64,000 bases of DNA, taken from the NCBI GenBank assembly GCA_002269645.1, contig NIVC01001724.1:62001-126000 (forward strand), in the 5' to 3' direction. The notes beneath the pieces are model-generated. The model saw only the letters and a program-made list of their open reading frames with translations, made no database searches and was not told where the DNA came from. The DNA comes from Macrostomum lignano (taxonomy: Eukaryota). Below, one piece after another: positions 21,254-33,845 of this stretch. The translations under genes and the position numbers were made by a program. Every line of letters begins with the position of its first letter. Position 1 is the first letter of the stretch.

Positions 21254-22436
21254 TGTCGTCGACGGATTATGTTACTAAGCCCTCTTATTCGGCCGATTTA
21301 GAATTCAAGAAGACTACTCCGGAGGAAGAAGATTCGAAGAGACGAGTTCGGAGAACCTGCCCGACAAAGAAGAGGAGCCCTCATCAGTAAGTGATTACTG
21401 AATTCTGTTACCAGGCTTAAGGTCTGGAAGTGGGAGTTTTCGAGTGACTGAATACAACTCTTAAACTCTTCACTCTTATCGTAGCAATGTCATACATGTA
21501 GCTCGTATATAGACATTCGCGGTGTGCCACACTATGCGCACTCTCATCGTACGTGGTCTTATAATTTTAGGCGGTGCAGCACTCGCAAGAGCGTCGAGCC
21601 AAGCAGTACATCCCCATTTGATTTTGATATACCTTTTACTATAGAGTAGGCTAGCGTACATGTGTAGCTAGGCTACCTAAAATATGCACTAGGCTATACT
21701 ATCACATGTCATGGACAACTAGTTGTCCATGTCACATGTACTTTGTGTACTTTTTGCCATAAAATTCAACTATTGTGATCGTTCTGTACGAATAAATACT
21801 CGTACATGAATGTAAATCAATGTAAGAAATGAGAGTATATGTATACGAAATTAGCAATTGCAGTGTATTTGCTTTAAAATAAAAGAACATGAAGCACATG
21901 TACATTGAGTAAAGTATAAAATGTCACAGCGCTTAGTATAATGTTACAAGGACCACTAGCTACCAGTAAAACACTACGACGACGATGGACATATCGCTTT
22001 CAAACTTTTTTCATGCATGTACATATAGTGTGAAAGTACATGCACGGAAAGTTTCATAAGGCTTGATGAATAAGGAAAAATGTATTACATTGATGCAGAT
22101 TAGTTTGTATATTGTAGCGCATAAGTAGATTTTGCATTGTTTTAATTATCACAATAAATGTTTTACGTACTGAAATAAAAATTTCAAATAATACCAGTCA
22201 TTGCAGACAACGAGGATAAATTTAATATATGTAAAATTATCGTTTAAAGTCTGCCAGTCATAGATAAACCACATTAGCCAACAAAGGCATTTACACGTAG
22301 TCGTTGCTCGTTGAATATGTCATCGCTGTTGTTTTACTGCGAGCACGGAAGTTAAGAGTTTTTTACCATAAATTAATAGTTAAGTCTCATTTCCAACGAA
22401 TTTAAACGTATAGTAACTCTTATAGCATAAAGGCTC

Positions 22437-22661
22437 TCACCGTGAAACATCCTCATTGAAAATCATATTAGCCAAATCGCTAGACAATATCTTTAGCGCT
22501 GCCTCGTCATCATCCAGCTTCTTGGCCTCGAAACCCGACCAGGCCAAGTTCGCTGGCAGATCGTCAGTCTTCTCGTTGACGAAGATTCCTTGAAATCGAT
22601 GCTTCTCAGTTAGCAAGAGGGTTGTCAAGCTGTGCCTGGATCCATCTGAGAGGGTGTCGAT
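22437..22661 (-). CDS. Putative single-pass receptor, terminal exon (C-terminal part of SEFIR/TIR-like domain)
   Basis: ccttattgcag|ATC acceptor, 75 codons to TGA; phase 0 fits the GC donor at 23417. Confidence 0.55.
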   Translation of the reverse strand: MDTLSDGSRHSLTTLLLTEKHRFQGIFVNEKTDDLPANLAWSGFEAKKLDDDEAALKILSSDLANMIFNEDVSR

Positions 22662-23417
22662 CTGCAATAAGGGAAATAAAAACGATTACAGTTCTTTCTC
22701 GTTGTCCTTGTCTGTCATTTGCTATTGAAGTTTTCCATCCGACAGTACAAGGAGCACTAGGAACACTTCGTTATATAAGGACGTAACACTCTCGATTCGT
22801 GTAAAAATAGTTGAAGGCCGATTTTCGTTCTCGTATACATTATTATAATATTAGAGGAGAAAGACTTCAAGGCATAAAGACCAAATTATGCGGCTTCTGT
22901 ATATGATCTCCAGACTCTGGTATATTTTCAGAAACGTCACAAAATTTTGCATTCACATAAATGTGCGTAAGATTTTCAGCTACTTATTAATTTTACTTTC
23001 TAAACTTGAAGATTTGGATAGCTACCAGACGCCCAAAAATAGGGTGTCTCCATTGTACAGGATTTTCTTGCATCTATACATCTAGTGGGAAACTAAACTA
23101 ACTGGTTTACTTGGTAGTAGGGGACAAAAATCTGAACAATTTGGCGAAAAAATCAACATTCTACATGCAATCGATTCGGAGATACAGGCATTTAAACAAT
23201 CGGCCTTCAACTGTTTTTGCACGATTTGCAAGTGTTGCGTCCTTCAAGTCTAGTAGTCCTTGCGACGGTAACCATGAAGTACATGTAAGTTCCCTTTGAA
23301 TTTGTTCTGAATCAGTTTCCCTGCTAGATAATTTGACATTATTTGAGTTTCCATGCCCGTACATGTACATCTGGGAAGAATCGATGCGAGAGAAAATTAT
23401 AACACCCATGTACTTGC

Positions 23418-23800
23418 CCGAAAGCTATCAAAAGCCGAATCGGCGCTCATAAACACGACAAGATTCGAACTTCCGACCAATTGTCGCGTCAGACTTTGCA
23501 GACCAACAACCTTTACCACCTCGACGCCAGCGGCAGCCGCTGTCAGCGCGTGCTGGAACCGCCGCACAGTTGTCCGGCTAATGGCGTTGACATTTTCCAG
23601 TTCGGGCAGCACTAGGAGAATGAGCTTCCGTGCATTTCTCAGCCGACGATGACAGTACACGATCAGCATCAATACTGACACTGGCACTAGCAATACTGCG
23701 ACAAACACCAGCAAAATTACGGTTGTAGCAAATGTTTCAACTCTGTCAGCATAATCAGTTTGGTCCAGGGACATCAGCTTAGCCGGACAAAGTTTGCAGC
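23418..23800 (-). CDS. Putative receptor exon: transmembrane helix plus start of a SEFIR/TIR-like domain (5' boundary uncertain)
   Basis: TTVILLVFVAVLLVPVSVLMLIVYC followed by HRRLRNARK (stop-transfer), then an alternating beta/alpha pattern; CGG|gcaagt GC-type donor. Confidence 0.65.
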
Positions 23801-24293
23801 TATCGAATAGAGCCTCCTCAAGATGGCAAAGCTGCGGATGAAGCAGCTTCTCTGCCGAGCCGTCTGCGTTACGTTTGCAGGGGATTAGCGTTAATCCATT
23901 AGGTTGTATGAGTTGAAATATTGAATTCCTCCCACTAAAAGACTCACCTGACCGCGGATTGCGAAAAACATTCGCCTACTCGTACAGCATTTTCGACTGC
24001 TATTTGCAAACCTTGGACGAAACTGAAAATCAAAATTGGCAATGATTGGCATTCGAAAACCTACTCTAAAAGAACCATTTTTACGTGAAAGAAACGTGAG
24101 ACAGGTACACACATCAATCCGAATGAGAAGGCCAGCGGCAGGTGATATTCGAACTACGACCGACTGTTTGACCCACAGATTGCGTCTCTGAAGCCAACAT
24201 GAGTGCGATTGGATGTACAATCGGTTGGGTGGAATTGAAAAGCTTTTTTGAGCGAGATAATTTCCGAGTTAATACGCTCGTGCGAGCACTTAC

Positions 24294-24902
24294 ATAAAAA
24301 ATATCTGAGACATTCTGGAGATACTGCACCAAATCAACGGTGCTACTATAAAAAGCTACCCGCACCAGGAGCCTTGATGGACTCACCATTTTGTCGCTGA
24401 ACTCGTAGCTGTCAGCGCTCCAAACAGACGGTTCATTCAGAGTCAGGCGCAGCCCGCCAACCCAGCCGCTCCGCAGGTAGGCCGTCATGTTGCAGCGGAA
24501 GTCGCTGCCATCGTCACCGCAGGCGCCGCAGCGTCGCGCCGCCAGCTGCACCAGCGGCCGGTCGTCGCCCGCCGACCTGGTGAAGAAGAATCGAACTCGG
24601 GGCTGCTCGCACAGCCTGGACCCGCTGGCCAGCTTGAAGACCTTCATCGTGTAGGATCTGGTCGGACGGAGGCTCAGTTGAAGCCGCAGTCGTCGCCGCT
24701 TCCCGTCGGCCATCTGGTTGCAGACGGTCAGCCTCCGACATCTGTGCTCAGAGGCGCCCATCGAGTCGGAGGCTTCGCCCAGAACGATGAGCAGCGAGTC
24801 TGACGGAGTCAGGCAGTGCTCCAGCTCGAAGGAGCCGATAATGAGGCCGCTGGCAGTGTCTGAGAACTCGGTGCTCTGAAGGCTGTCAGCTGACTGAGCC
24901 GT
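24294..24902 (-). CDS. Putative receptor ectodomain exon (203 codons, several Cys)
   Basis: gtacag|ACG acceptor, TAT|gtaagt donor, GC-rich non-repetitive open frame. Confidence 0.65.
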
Positions 24903-24904
24903 CT

Positions 24905-25615
24905 GTACGCTGTAGTTGTACAGGGAGGCTGTGGGAGAGTGCATTTGAGCAGCTGGCTCTAAGCGGTTGTACAGGGAGGCTGTGGGAGAGTGCATTTGAG
25001 CAGCTGGCTCTGAGCGGTTGTACAGGGAGGCTGTGGGAGAGTGCATTTGAGCTGTGCATTTGAGCAGCTGGCTCTGAGCAGTTGTACAGGGAGGCTGTGG
25101 GAGAGTGCATTTGAGCAGCTGGCTCTGAGCGGTTGTACAGGGAGGCTGTGGGAGAGTGCATTTGAGCAGCTGGCTCTGAGCGGTTGTACAGGGAGGCTGT
25201 GGGAGAGTGCATTTGAGCAGCTGGCTCTGAGCGGTTGTACAGGGAGGCTATGGGAGAGTGCATTTGAGCAGCTGGCTCTGAGCAGTTGTACAGGCAGGCT
25301 GTGGGAGAGTGCATTTGAGCAGCTGGCTCTGAGCAGTTGTACAGGGAGGCTGTGGGAGAGTGCATTTGAGCAGCTGGCTCTGAGCAGTTGTACAGAGAGG
25401 CCGTGGGAGAGTGCATTTGAGCAGCTGGCTCTGAGCGGTTGTACAGAGAGGCTGTGGGAGAGTGCATTTGAGCAGCTGGCTCTGAGCGGTTGTACAGGGA
25501 GGCTGTGGGAGAGTGCATTTGAGCAGCTGGCTCTAAGCAGTTGTACAGGGAGGCTGTGGGAGAGTGCGTTTGAGCAGCTGGCTCTGAGCGGTTGTATAGT
25601 GAGGTTGTGGGAGAG
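24905..25615. repeat. 51-bp intronic minisatellite
   Basis: The 17-codon period is visible in the ORF track (MHSPTASLYNRSEPAAQ). Confidence 0.96.
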
Positions 25616-25849
25616 CAAGATAGAACATGAAAACCATATAAAAATCGGTGGCTCCAATCGGCAAAAACCGATGTCCATGCTAAAATATAAAATTGTTACC
25701 GTCCATTTTTGGGCAGTTAGTCTCGTGCAGTGAGTCAATTGGACCAAATTGTATTTTTTTAGGAATCTGAAATTCATTACGGTGCACTTTCAGTTCAAAA
25801 GTAAATGGATGCGTTGAGGTTTTTATACCAGTGTTTGCATTGGACCTAC

Positions 25850-25948
25850 CTCCAGGTTGCAGTCTGCAGTTGAAACTTCAGTGCTAGAGACACCAACTAT
25901 CATGATGAAGGCGGTACAGCAAGCAGACAGTATATTGGCATTCGACAT
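25850..25948 (-). CDS. Putative receptor first exon, signal-peptide-like (MSNANILSACCTAFIMIVGVSSTEVSTADCNLE)
   Basis: ATG at 25948, hydrophobic core, GAG|gtaggt phase-0 donor compatible with the 24902 acceptor. Confidence 0.5.
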
Positions 25949-27234
25949 GCTGATGAAAGACCTCGGGCGTAACCGCAATTGCAATCCCGTAAAAGTATTT
26001 TGTAAGGAGATGCCAGTTATTGAAACGCAAGTATTGGCATTCATTTTATAGACATCTGCTTTTTAGCAACACAAGAGACTTCGCCTGCAGTGATCCTTTA
26101 AACTGCCAATCCATTTGTATGCGTGGAGTTAATGTAAACAGACGGCATCTATGCATTGGCTAGAAGTGTTTTAGCGGGCCCAAACTTCAGTCGCCAATAT
26201 TTAACTTCGTTATGGTTGCGCGCGCAACTTCAAGATGAAAAAAGGCTGATTTAATGTCATAAAGCTTTCCGTTGCACACGTAAATGCTACTTTTTCTCGA
26301 TGCATGTGATATGATGCATGTGAGCCTTCAAAACCTCTGACTATCGTGTCTTTAAGCATAGAAATCAGTGATGGGTTCGGCCTTCAAAACCTCTGGCTAT
26401 CGGGTCTCGGAGCACAGAAATCAGTGATGGGTTCGGTATCACTAATTGCACTGCATCTTTGATTTAGAACAATTAGGGTCTCAGAGAGGCCAAAGCTATC
26501 CATTAAAAGTACATCAATTAATTATGCCAGTGTAGTAAAAGTGTGTAGTGCATGCGCCCTTGTCGGTTGGCAGGGCGCGTTGCACTTTGGGGCTGGCTAG
26601 GGGGTTGGCGGGCGTGGCAGGGTCTGGCCGGCGGCCGGGCTTTGCGCGTGCCCCTCCCCAGCCGTGCCCCTGCCCCGTGCTCAGGGCTGGTTGGCTGCGG
26701 CCGGGCCAGCTTTGGCGTGGGTGCGGCCCCCCCCCCCCCCCCCTAGGCGGGGTTTTGATTGGCTGGCCGGCGCGGCCAGTCACTTTTCTTTGGTAGTTGC
26801 TTGTTTTGTGGGCTTAGCCGGTGGGGCCGTCTGCCCCACGGTTTGGGGTATTTATTGCGTGACTCTGGGTTTTGCCCACGCCCTGCATACTTTTTGTATT
26901 TTTGTGTGCTCCGAGATAGCAAGCGCGAGACTTGACTTAAGTAAGAAACAGCGACATTAGCTACCTACAGAAACCCGAGAGCCCAATTGAGAAGTCAGTC
27001 TTTGAAAAGAGTCTTTGAGAATTGAGAAGAAGTTAGAAGCCGCGCTAAAGACCTACGAGCCAATCAAAAAACGTGCGAACCTGCGCTTGAGGCCTACGAG
27101 CAATAAACGTGCGAACAGTCATTTGGCCACTGGTAAGCCACCTACTGCTTGAGTTCACTATTTTCTGGGGAGCTTGTTAGGCTGCAGGGAGTTCTTGCCA
27201 GAGCGTCATAACGCCGGGAGAGCATATAGCTTAT

Positions 27235-27495
27235 TGTAGTACTGTACCGGTTACTTTATATAGTGTGTACAACCTACAGTATCCAAACTAGAAGCACTCG
27301 AAAGTGTCACCACACCTCGAGCCGCAGCGTGAACTCTGAGTGTCACAACACCAGAGGGATGGACCTATTATCGCAGAGCGTCGTCACGCCTGGTCGTATC
27401 CATAAAAGTACAGACAGAGCGTCACTACGCCTGTTATATTACGTATAATATATCGTACTCGAGACTGGGCACCTAAACCGACTTGGGTTACGACA
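27235..27495 (+). repeat. 5' LTR (TGTAGTA...TTACGACA); alternative start at 26531 (TGTAGTAA)
   Basis: TG...CA termini with short imperfect inverted repeat, 3 nt before the PBS. Confidence 0.6.
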
Positions 27496-27498
27496 AAT

Positions 27499-27516
27499 TG
27501 GCGCCCGAACAGGGAC
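27499..27516 (+). promoter_or_regulatory. Primer-binding site complementary to tRNA-Lys(UUU)
   Basis: TGGCGCCCGAACAGGGAC, the well-known 18-nt tRNA-Lys3 PBS sequence. Confidence 0.9.
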
Positions 27517-27557
27517 CCTGTCCCTCTGAGTAGAAGTCTGATAGACCGTGATAGATT

Positions 27558-27704
27558 GTCAGCGACCGTTAGCGATTATCAGCGATTATCAGCGATTGTC
27601 AGTGATTTTCAGCGATTGTCAGCGGTTGTCAGCGATTGTCAGCGATTGTCAGCGATTGTCAGCGATTGTCAGCGATTGTCAGCGATTGTCAGCGATTGTC
27701 AGCG
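27558..27704. repeat. 10-bp tandem repeat (agcgattgtc) in the Gypsy leader
   Basis: Direct reading. Confidence 0.9.
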
Positions 27705-28643
27705 ATGGACGATGAAGCCGTTGACCGACTTATCGAGGCACTGACGCTGCGGGTTCGGGCCAACGCTGAGCGCGCGGCACCAAGGCCAACCAAGCCAACA
27801 AAGTATTTGCCGACGATGAATTTCAATCTCTGGCTGTAGAGTTTTAATGCGAGGGCGTCGAGATACCCGAAGCGGAAAGACGACCTTAACTAGTCAGCCT
27901 ACTGGATCTGACAACGGCATACGCTGCGGTGGATAAGATGGAACTCCCCGATGATCTTGAGTATGAGGACTTTGTCGATAGGCTTCGAGAGCGCTTTACA
28001 ATGCATCGGACTATCAAATTATCAATTCAAGCTTTCTAACCGGGATCAGAGCGAGCGTGAGATTTTCGAAACAGATGGAGACGAACTTCTCGAACTAGTC
28101 CGCAGTGGCTTCCCGAATGCGGACTCTAACACTCGTACCGAGCTGGCCAAGGATCGATTCCTCAAAGGCGTTCGAGTGTCCGATTCGGTGAGAGAGAGGC
28201 TCTTCCTACAGCAGCCAGCGGATCTGACAGATGGAATCCGGACAGTGAGGCAACTGGAGGCAGCGCAGAGAGCGTCAGAATCACAACATAAACCTAAGCT
28301 AAGAGGTGGACTGAATGTGTTTTCAACCGCCCAAGAACATCCGGGAGCCGAAGAAGAGGTGCGGCAGCTGATGGCGAAAATGGAGAGGATGGAAGAGACG
28401 ATCCGCCAGTTGCAGCAGGGCCCGTCAATGCAGCCGGTCCCCAAGGAGCCGCCGAAGCAACCGGTACAGGCCCACACCAGGACACAGCCGCATGCCTATC
28501 ACAAGGCCCTCCACAGGCATCTGGCGCCACCGGAGGCTACGAAAGGGGTCATCTGTTTTCGGTGCGGGAAAACCGGACATCTCTCGTTTAAGTGCAAGCA
28601 GCAGGGAAAAGCCAACAGGAACTCACGTCCTGGAGGCCAATGA
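27705..28643 (+). pseudogene. gag: Gypsy gag (disrupted)
   Basis: MDDEAVDRLIEAL start, internal stops and frameshifts, C-terminal CCHC knuckle. Confidence 0.85.
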
Positions 28644-28919
28644 GTTCCTGCAATCGTCCTACCTCCACCAGTAGCACCCAGCATCATCAGCAACCCATCG
28701 ACAGCACCCAGCATCATCAGCAACTCATCGACAGCACCCCGCATCATCAGCAACTCGTGCCAACAAGGATCATCAACCTGGTGCTAGCATCAAGCATGAC
28801 GAAGTCTCCAGCGCCAGCCTCATCAACCCCAGCATCGAGGACCGCCATCAAGCTAATGTCAGTTTCACCAGTCACTCTCCGCTTGGCATTCAGTTGGGCT
28901 CGTCGGCCCTTTACGTGAC

Positions 28920-31465
28920 AGCATCGTTGTCCGGCCGGAAGCTCAATACGCTCATTGATTCAGGAGCTTCGTGTACAATCATGTCAGAAGAGGCTTTTGA
29001 AAGACTACCAAAACGAGAGATCTAAGTCCTTTCGAAGTTAGACGGCGGTATCAGCATGGCGAACGGCGCTACGGTCGAGGTCCTAGGCACAGCTTTACTC
29101 TCACTAAGAATCGCGGGTGAGACCATCCCTACGGTCGTGGCGGTCGTCTCGGGAATCAAGTATCAACTGGTGTTAGGCTCCGACTTCTTCAGGCCAGAAC
29201 AACTGCATTATTGATTACAAGAAGGCAGTCATAAAAATCAACGAAAGGGCGATCCCGTTCCGGTGGCAAGAAGAGCATCCAACGGCATGCCGGATTTTTG
29301 CAGACCGTTATAGCACGCTTCCCCCCAGCAATCAGGTTATCTTGCCTGGGAAACTCGACCGGAGATGGAAGAAGAACAGAGGATGTGTCGGCTTGACAGA
29401 AAATTTTGCGGGAAGCACCCTTACTTCCGGACAACGCCTGGCGAAGGCTGTAGTAGTGCCTACAGAAGTAGGACGCGTACCAGTCTGCTTGATGAATCTT
29501 ACAGACGAACCTGTGAAACTGAGAAGGGGCAGTGTGCAAGGTTGGTACTTCCCGCTGGACCCCACGGAGCCGCTGAACAACTTAAAGATCCTCTCAATGG
29601 AGCCTACAGAGAAGACCGACCAGCAAGAAGAAAACGACAGAGATGGGACCGAACTCATTCCAAACGAGTATGGTACCTGTGGCCTCTCTCCCGAAGAGGA
29701 CAAGGAATTTAAAAACTTGGTTAGCAATTTCAAGGACGTGTTCGTTACATCACAGTCACCGTACCGTAAGACAAGCATCGTCGAACACGAGATCGATACG
29801 GGAGCGTCTCGACCGATCAAAATCCCGCCAAGACGATTTCCACCGCATCTCGCGGAGGAGGTGAATCGTCAGATTGACGGACTGCTCTAAGACGGACAAA
29901 TCGAAGAAGCCCAGTCACCTTGGTGTTCGCCGCTCGTCTGTGTGAGGAAGAAAACCGGGGAAATCAGACTTTGCGTGGACTATAGAAAGCTGAATGAAGT
30001 GACGGTGAAAGATGCAGTCCCGATGCCTCGAGTCGATGATGCCCTGGAGGCTCTTCACGGAGCGAAGATTTTCTCCACCATGGACTTGCATAGTGGCTTT
30101 TGGCAGGTGAGCGTCAAAGAGGCCGATCGAGGGAAGACTGCATTCGCTGTACCGAATAGAGGCCAGTTCAAATGAAAGGTCATGCCCTTCGGATTGGTGA
30201 ACAGCCCGGCGACTTTCACTCGGCTCATGGCAGCAGTTCTCAGCAAACAGATGTGGAGAACATGTCTCGCCTACATGGATAGCGTGCTAGTATGGTCGAC
30301 GGACGTGAAGGAGCACCTAACGAGGCTTGAGGAAATCTTTGGCAGACTTCGCGAACCAAACCTGTGCCTGAAGCCACAAAAATGCCATTTTTTGCTGGCC
30401 GAAGCGGAGTTCCTCGGTCATAAGATCTCGGTATTCGGCGTGAGCACCGAGGCATCGAAGGTACATGAGATAGAATCCTGGCCTACACCAGCGAACGTCG
30501 CCGAACTTAGATCGTTTCTGGGCCTGTGTGGATACTATAGAAAGTTTATCCAAGGTTTTGCTGAAGTCGCTTCCCCGTTGACTCGACTCGTCGGGCGTCG
30601 CATTCACATGGAACGAAAAGCAGCAAAAAGCATTCGAGTCTCTGTAGAGTCGGCTAACGAGTGCTGAAGTCATGGCTTATCCGGATTTCTCCCCTGAAGC
30701 TGGCGAGTTAATTCTAGATACCGATGGCAGCTCAAAGCTGAGCCGTGCTGTCGCAAGTCCAGGCCGACAGCACTGAGCGCGTAATCGCCTACGCCTCGAA
30801 AACGTTAAATCAAGCAGAGCGAAATTACTGCACAACTCGGTCAGAACTTCTGGCTGTAGTGACCTTCGTCTCTCAGTTCCGCTATTATTTGCTGGGGAAA
30901 CCGTTCTGCTTGCGAACAGATCACAGTAGCTTACAATGCCTCTAGAATTTCCAAGATGCAGAAGGACAAGTCGCCCGCTGGCTAGAGAAGCTTGCAGCGT
31001 TTCAGTATCGGATCGTACACAGACCGGGGCGTAACCATGGAAACGCAGATGCTTTATCGAGGAAACCAAGTTAAGTCGACGACATCCAGGCGCTTCGACT
31101 TGTCCGTCCTGTGCCTGCAAAGCAACGATCCTGAACGCGATTGGTTTTGAATCGACGTTACCAGCGGACCTGGCACGTGAGCAACGCAACGATCCAGACC
31201 TGGCAGTTGTGCGTGAAGCGCTGAGGAGCAATTGAGAACTCGCAAGGGAAGAACTAAAGAGCTGGAGACTAACCGCAAGAAGCATCTACTGGGCCTTGTT
31301 GCTTCAAGAAGAGGTGCTCTTCGTCAAGGACCCAAAGACGAGGGAGCAACAGAAGTTAATCCTGCCGGTCGGTTTAATGTCGGAAACTTTGAAGAGTCTG
31401 CATCAAGGTGTGGGAGGGGGCCATGCCGGTTTCGCGAAGACAAAATTCAAAGTTCTGCAAATATT
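28920..31465 (+). pseudogene. pol: Gypsy pol (PR-RT-RH-partial IN, disrupted)
   Basis: Motifs spread over ORFs 29342, 29942, 30182, 30745 and 31296. Confidence 0.9.
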
Positions 31466-33845
31466 TTGGCCTTATTTTAATATTTTAATATTTTTATTTA
31501 TTAAAGGCTGTAGAGTTTTAAAAATAATTTGTAGGCCTAAAAAGATATATTTTGTCTTTGTTTTTTTGCTTCAAAGGTAAAGGGCTAATCTTTAATTTTA
31601 TACTTTGGCTTGGCTAATAGGTACGTACATCACATCACATCACATCTCCTCTCGCGCAGCTCGCTCGCTGCCCTACTCGAGCCATTGAGCTCGAGAGCGG
31701 GTTTACGGGTTAACCGTGAGGTGTGAGAATACAGAATACACCTTGGTGCTAAAGCCCCTGGTGCTTGAGCTGTGCTAACTGGTAGTCACAATAGTTCTAC
31801 CTATTCAATTTGTCAAACCGAGAGGAAGATTTACGTATTCAAATTGTTATGAAAGACAGGTATGGTAGGTTGACCAGCCAACGAACCAAAGCAAGCACAA
31901 TCTTTTCTATTTAATAGTCAGCTGTATCTGTCAGCTGACTCATTGATTATTTTCTAACTAACTGAGAGGCCTTTATAACTATCAGTAACAAGTTCAAGTG
32001 TAGAAGTGTTCAATAGGCCTACCCGAGGTCGACACGACATGAAACATTGCAGCGCTTCTGAAAAAATAGTTAGCTAACAGCCTCAGGTCTACATCTCCAT
32101 TTCAACATGTCTTGATATTGAATTTTTTTATTTTATCAATAGGCCTAATATAGTATCAGTATCCAATTATCTAGAAAGTTCTTGCACTTATCTTTTGGCT
32201 TTGTTTGCGCATAACTTTGGTTGTGTTTCACTTTATCTTTTATCTAGGCCCTACGCTGGTATAAGACCAAAATGGCCACACACCAAGATGGCCACAACAT
32301 TGAATCTCTTTGGCTCTGCTCTCTTTTTATCATTAATTAACAACATAGTAGCTATTGTTATATTAATTATGTTTACGCCTAATCAATCATATTTATAAAT
32401 ACTGATGCAATAATAGATTTGAAACTAATTACCTATAATACAAAAACTTTAATCTTTTTCAGTGTTTATGCCAATTTATTCCCTATCATTACATCTATCA
32501 AATCTATCACTATCTGTTTATTAAGAAACCATTGCTACTAGTAATGCTATACAAAAATTAAGATAAATATACAAGGCAAAGTATTTATTTTATGTTAGGC
32601 TACTTGCTGGGTGTAGGCCTAGTGAATAAATATATATATAGGTCAAGCTATAATAAAAGCTAAAGCCAAAGGAATTACTATAATATAGGGGCCTAATATA
32701 ATACAATTCCAATATAGCATCTTTTTAGCATCTATTTCTCTAATTATTATCAATAAGAAATAAGTGAAATATATAGACCTAGACTTATTATTATCTATTT
32801 AGACACTTAGAGCTGTGGCCATCTTGGTCATGCACCCCTGCGCTAGGCCCTAATAATAATATAGAAATTTCAGTAGACCTATCTGATGCCAATGCCCAAG
32901 CAGCCCAATGAATAAAAAAAATAAAAAATTTGCCACTTTTCAAAATGAATAAGAACTACATTGTTCAGTCTAATCATTATTTAAACCATATTTTAGCAAT
33001 GAAAATAAACCAACAAAATCTAAAGTTGTACTTGTGCTCTTTTGCTAAAAAATTTAAAACTGGCAATTTAGAAATTGGGAATAAAGGTTCTATTATATTA
33101 TATTTATTTATTTATAGACCTATCTAGCTCATTATAGCCTAAACATCTTGCAACTATGCCTATCTAGTTAGTATCTAATCAATCCAGCAACAGACAATCT
33201 GGCAACAGTCAATCTGGCAACATATATTAAATCAATATATATCAGCATATATATGGATTAGTTGAGCTATTTTTTAGCTCTTTATTATTATCTATTAACA
33301 CTCAAACAAATAAATTTTAATTACATAAACTATAATTATTGCAGTTATATTTTTACAGCTGTATGTAGCTGCTGATTTTCAAAATGTTATTTTTAGAGAC
33401 AATCTATTTAAGAGCCTAATCTGCTTGGAAAGCAAGTTTGTATGACTATGATCCAATATTGTTGTATATATTGTATTTGCACTAATATTCAAAAGTTGAA
33501 GAACCAAAAAATTGCTATTTGCACTGTAACTTGTACATGTTATTTGCCATGCTAAAAATACAATTCTATTTAATGTAACAAATGCTATGTGGATAAGTTA
33601 ATAATATTACCTTAATCATACATGCCCAACACCCGCCCAACCTGTCCAAACTGGACAGGTAAAATGGCCGCTGGCCAAGGTAAGTTGCAAAATTGAAAAT
33701 GCAAAAACCAAAAAATTGGGAGAAGAAAGGAGAGGAAGAGAAAAGGAAAAGAAAGGAGGGAGAAGAGAGAAGGAGGAAAGAGGAGAAAGAAAGAAAAAGA
33801 AAAGAAAAGAGAAAAAGGCAAGAAAAGTCATATACAAAGTGAAAA

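Larger units (their letters stand above)
27235..31465 (+). mobile_element. Ty3/Gypsy LTR retrotransposon, decayed and 3'-truncated within integrase
   Basis: LTR ending ...ttacgaCA at 27495, PBS, gag CCHC knuckle CFRCGKTGHLSFKC, protease LIDSGAS, RT (CVDYRKLN, MPFGLVNSPATF, mutated YMDS), RNase H (IAYASKTL, RTDHSSL) and integrase HH (HQGVGGGH), in PR-RT-RH-IN order; multiple stops and frameshifts; no 3' LTR seen. Confidence 0.93.

Noticed and set aside
20065-21301. Long 340-390 aa ORFs
   Set aside because: Translations of a 25-bp tandem repeat cycling through frames.
19750-21400. LTR retroelement (LTR-like text with ggtaagc donor, then gag-like fragments around the 25-bp array)
   Set aside because: No TG..CA pair, PBS or diagnostic protein motif could be established.
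27499-27516. Lentiviral (HIV-like) insertion
   Set aside because: Only the tRNA-complementary PBS matches; the RT, RNase H and integrase motifs are Ty3/Gypsy and there is no env.
32283-32827. 14-bp inverted repeat (ccaagatggccaca) as a MITE
   Set aside because: No TSD or terminal structure identified; too little evidence to call.
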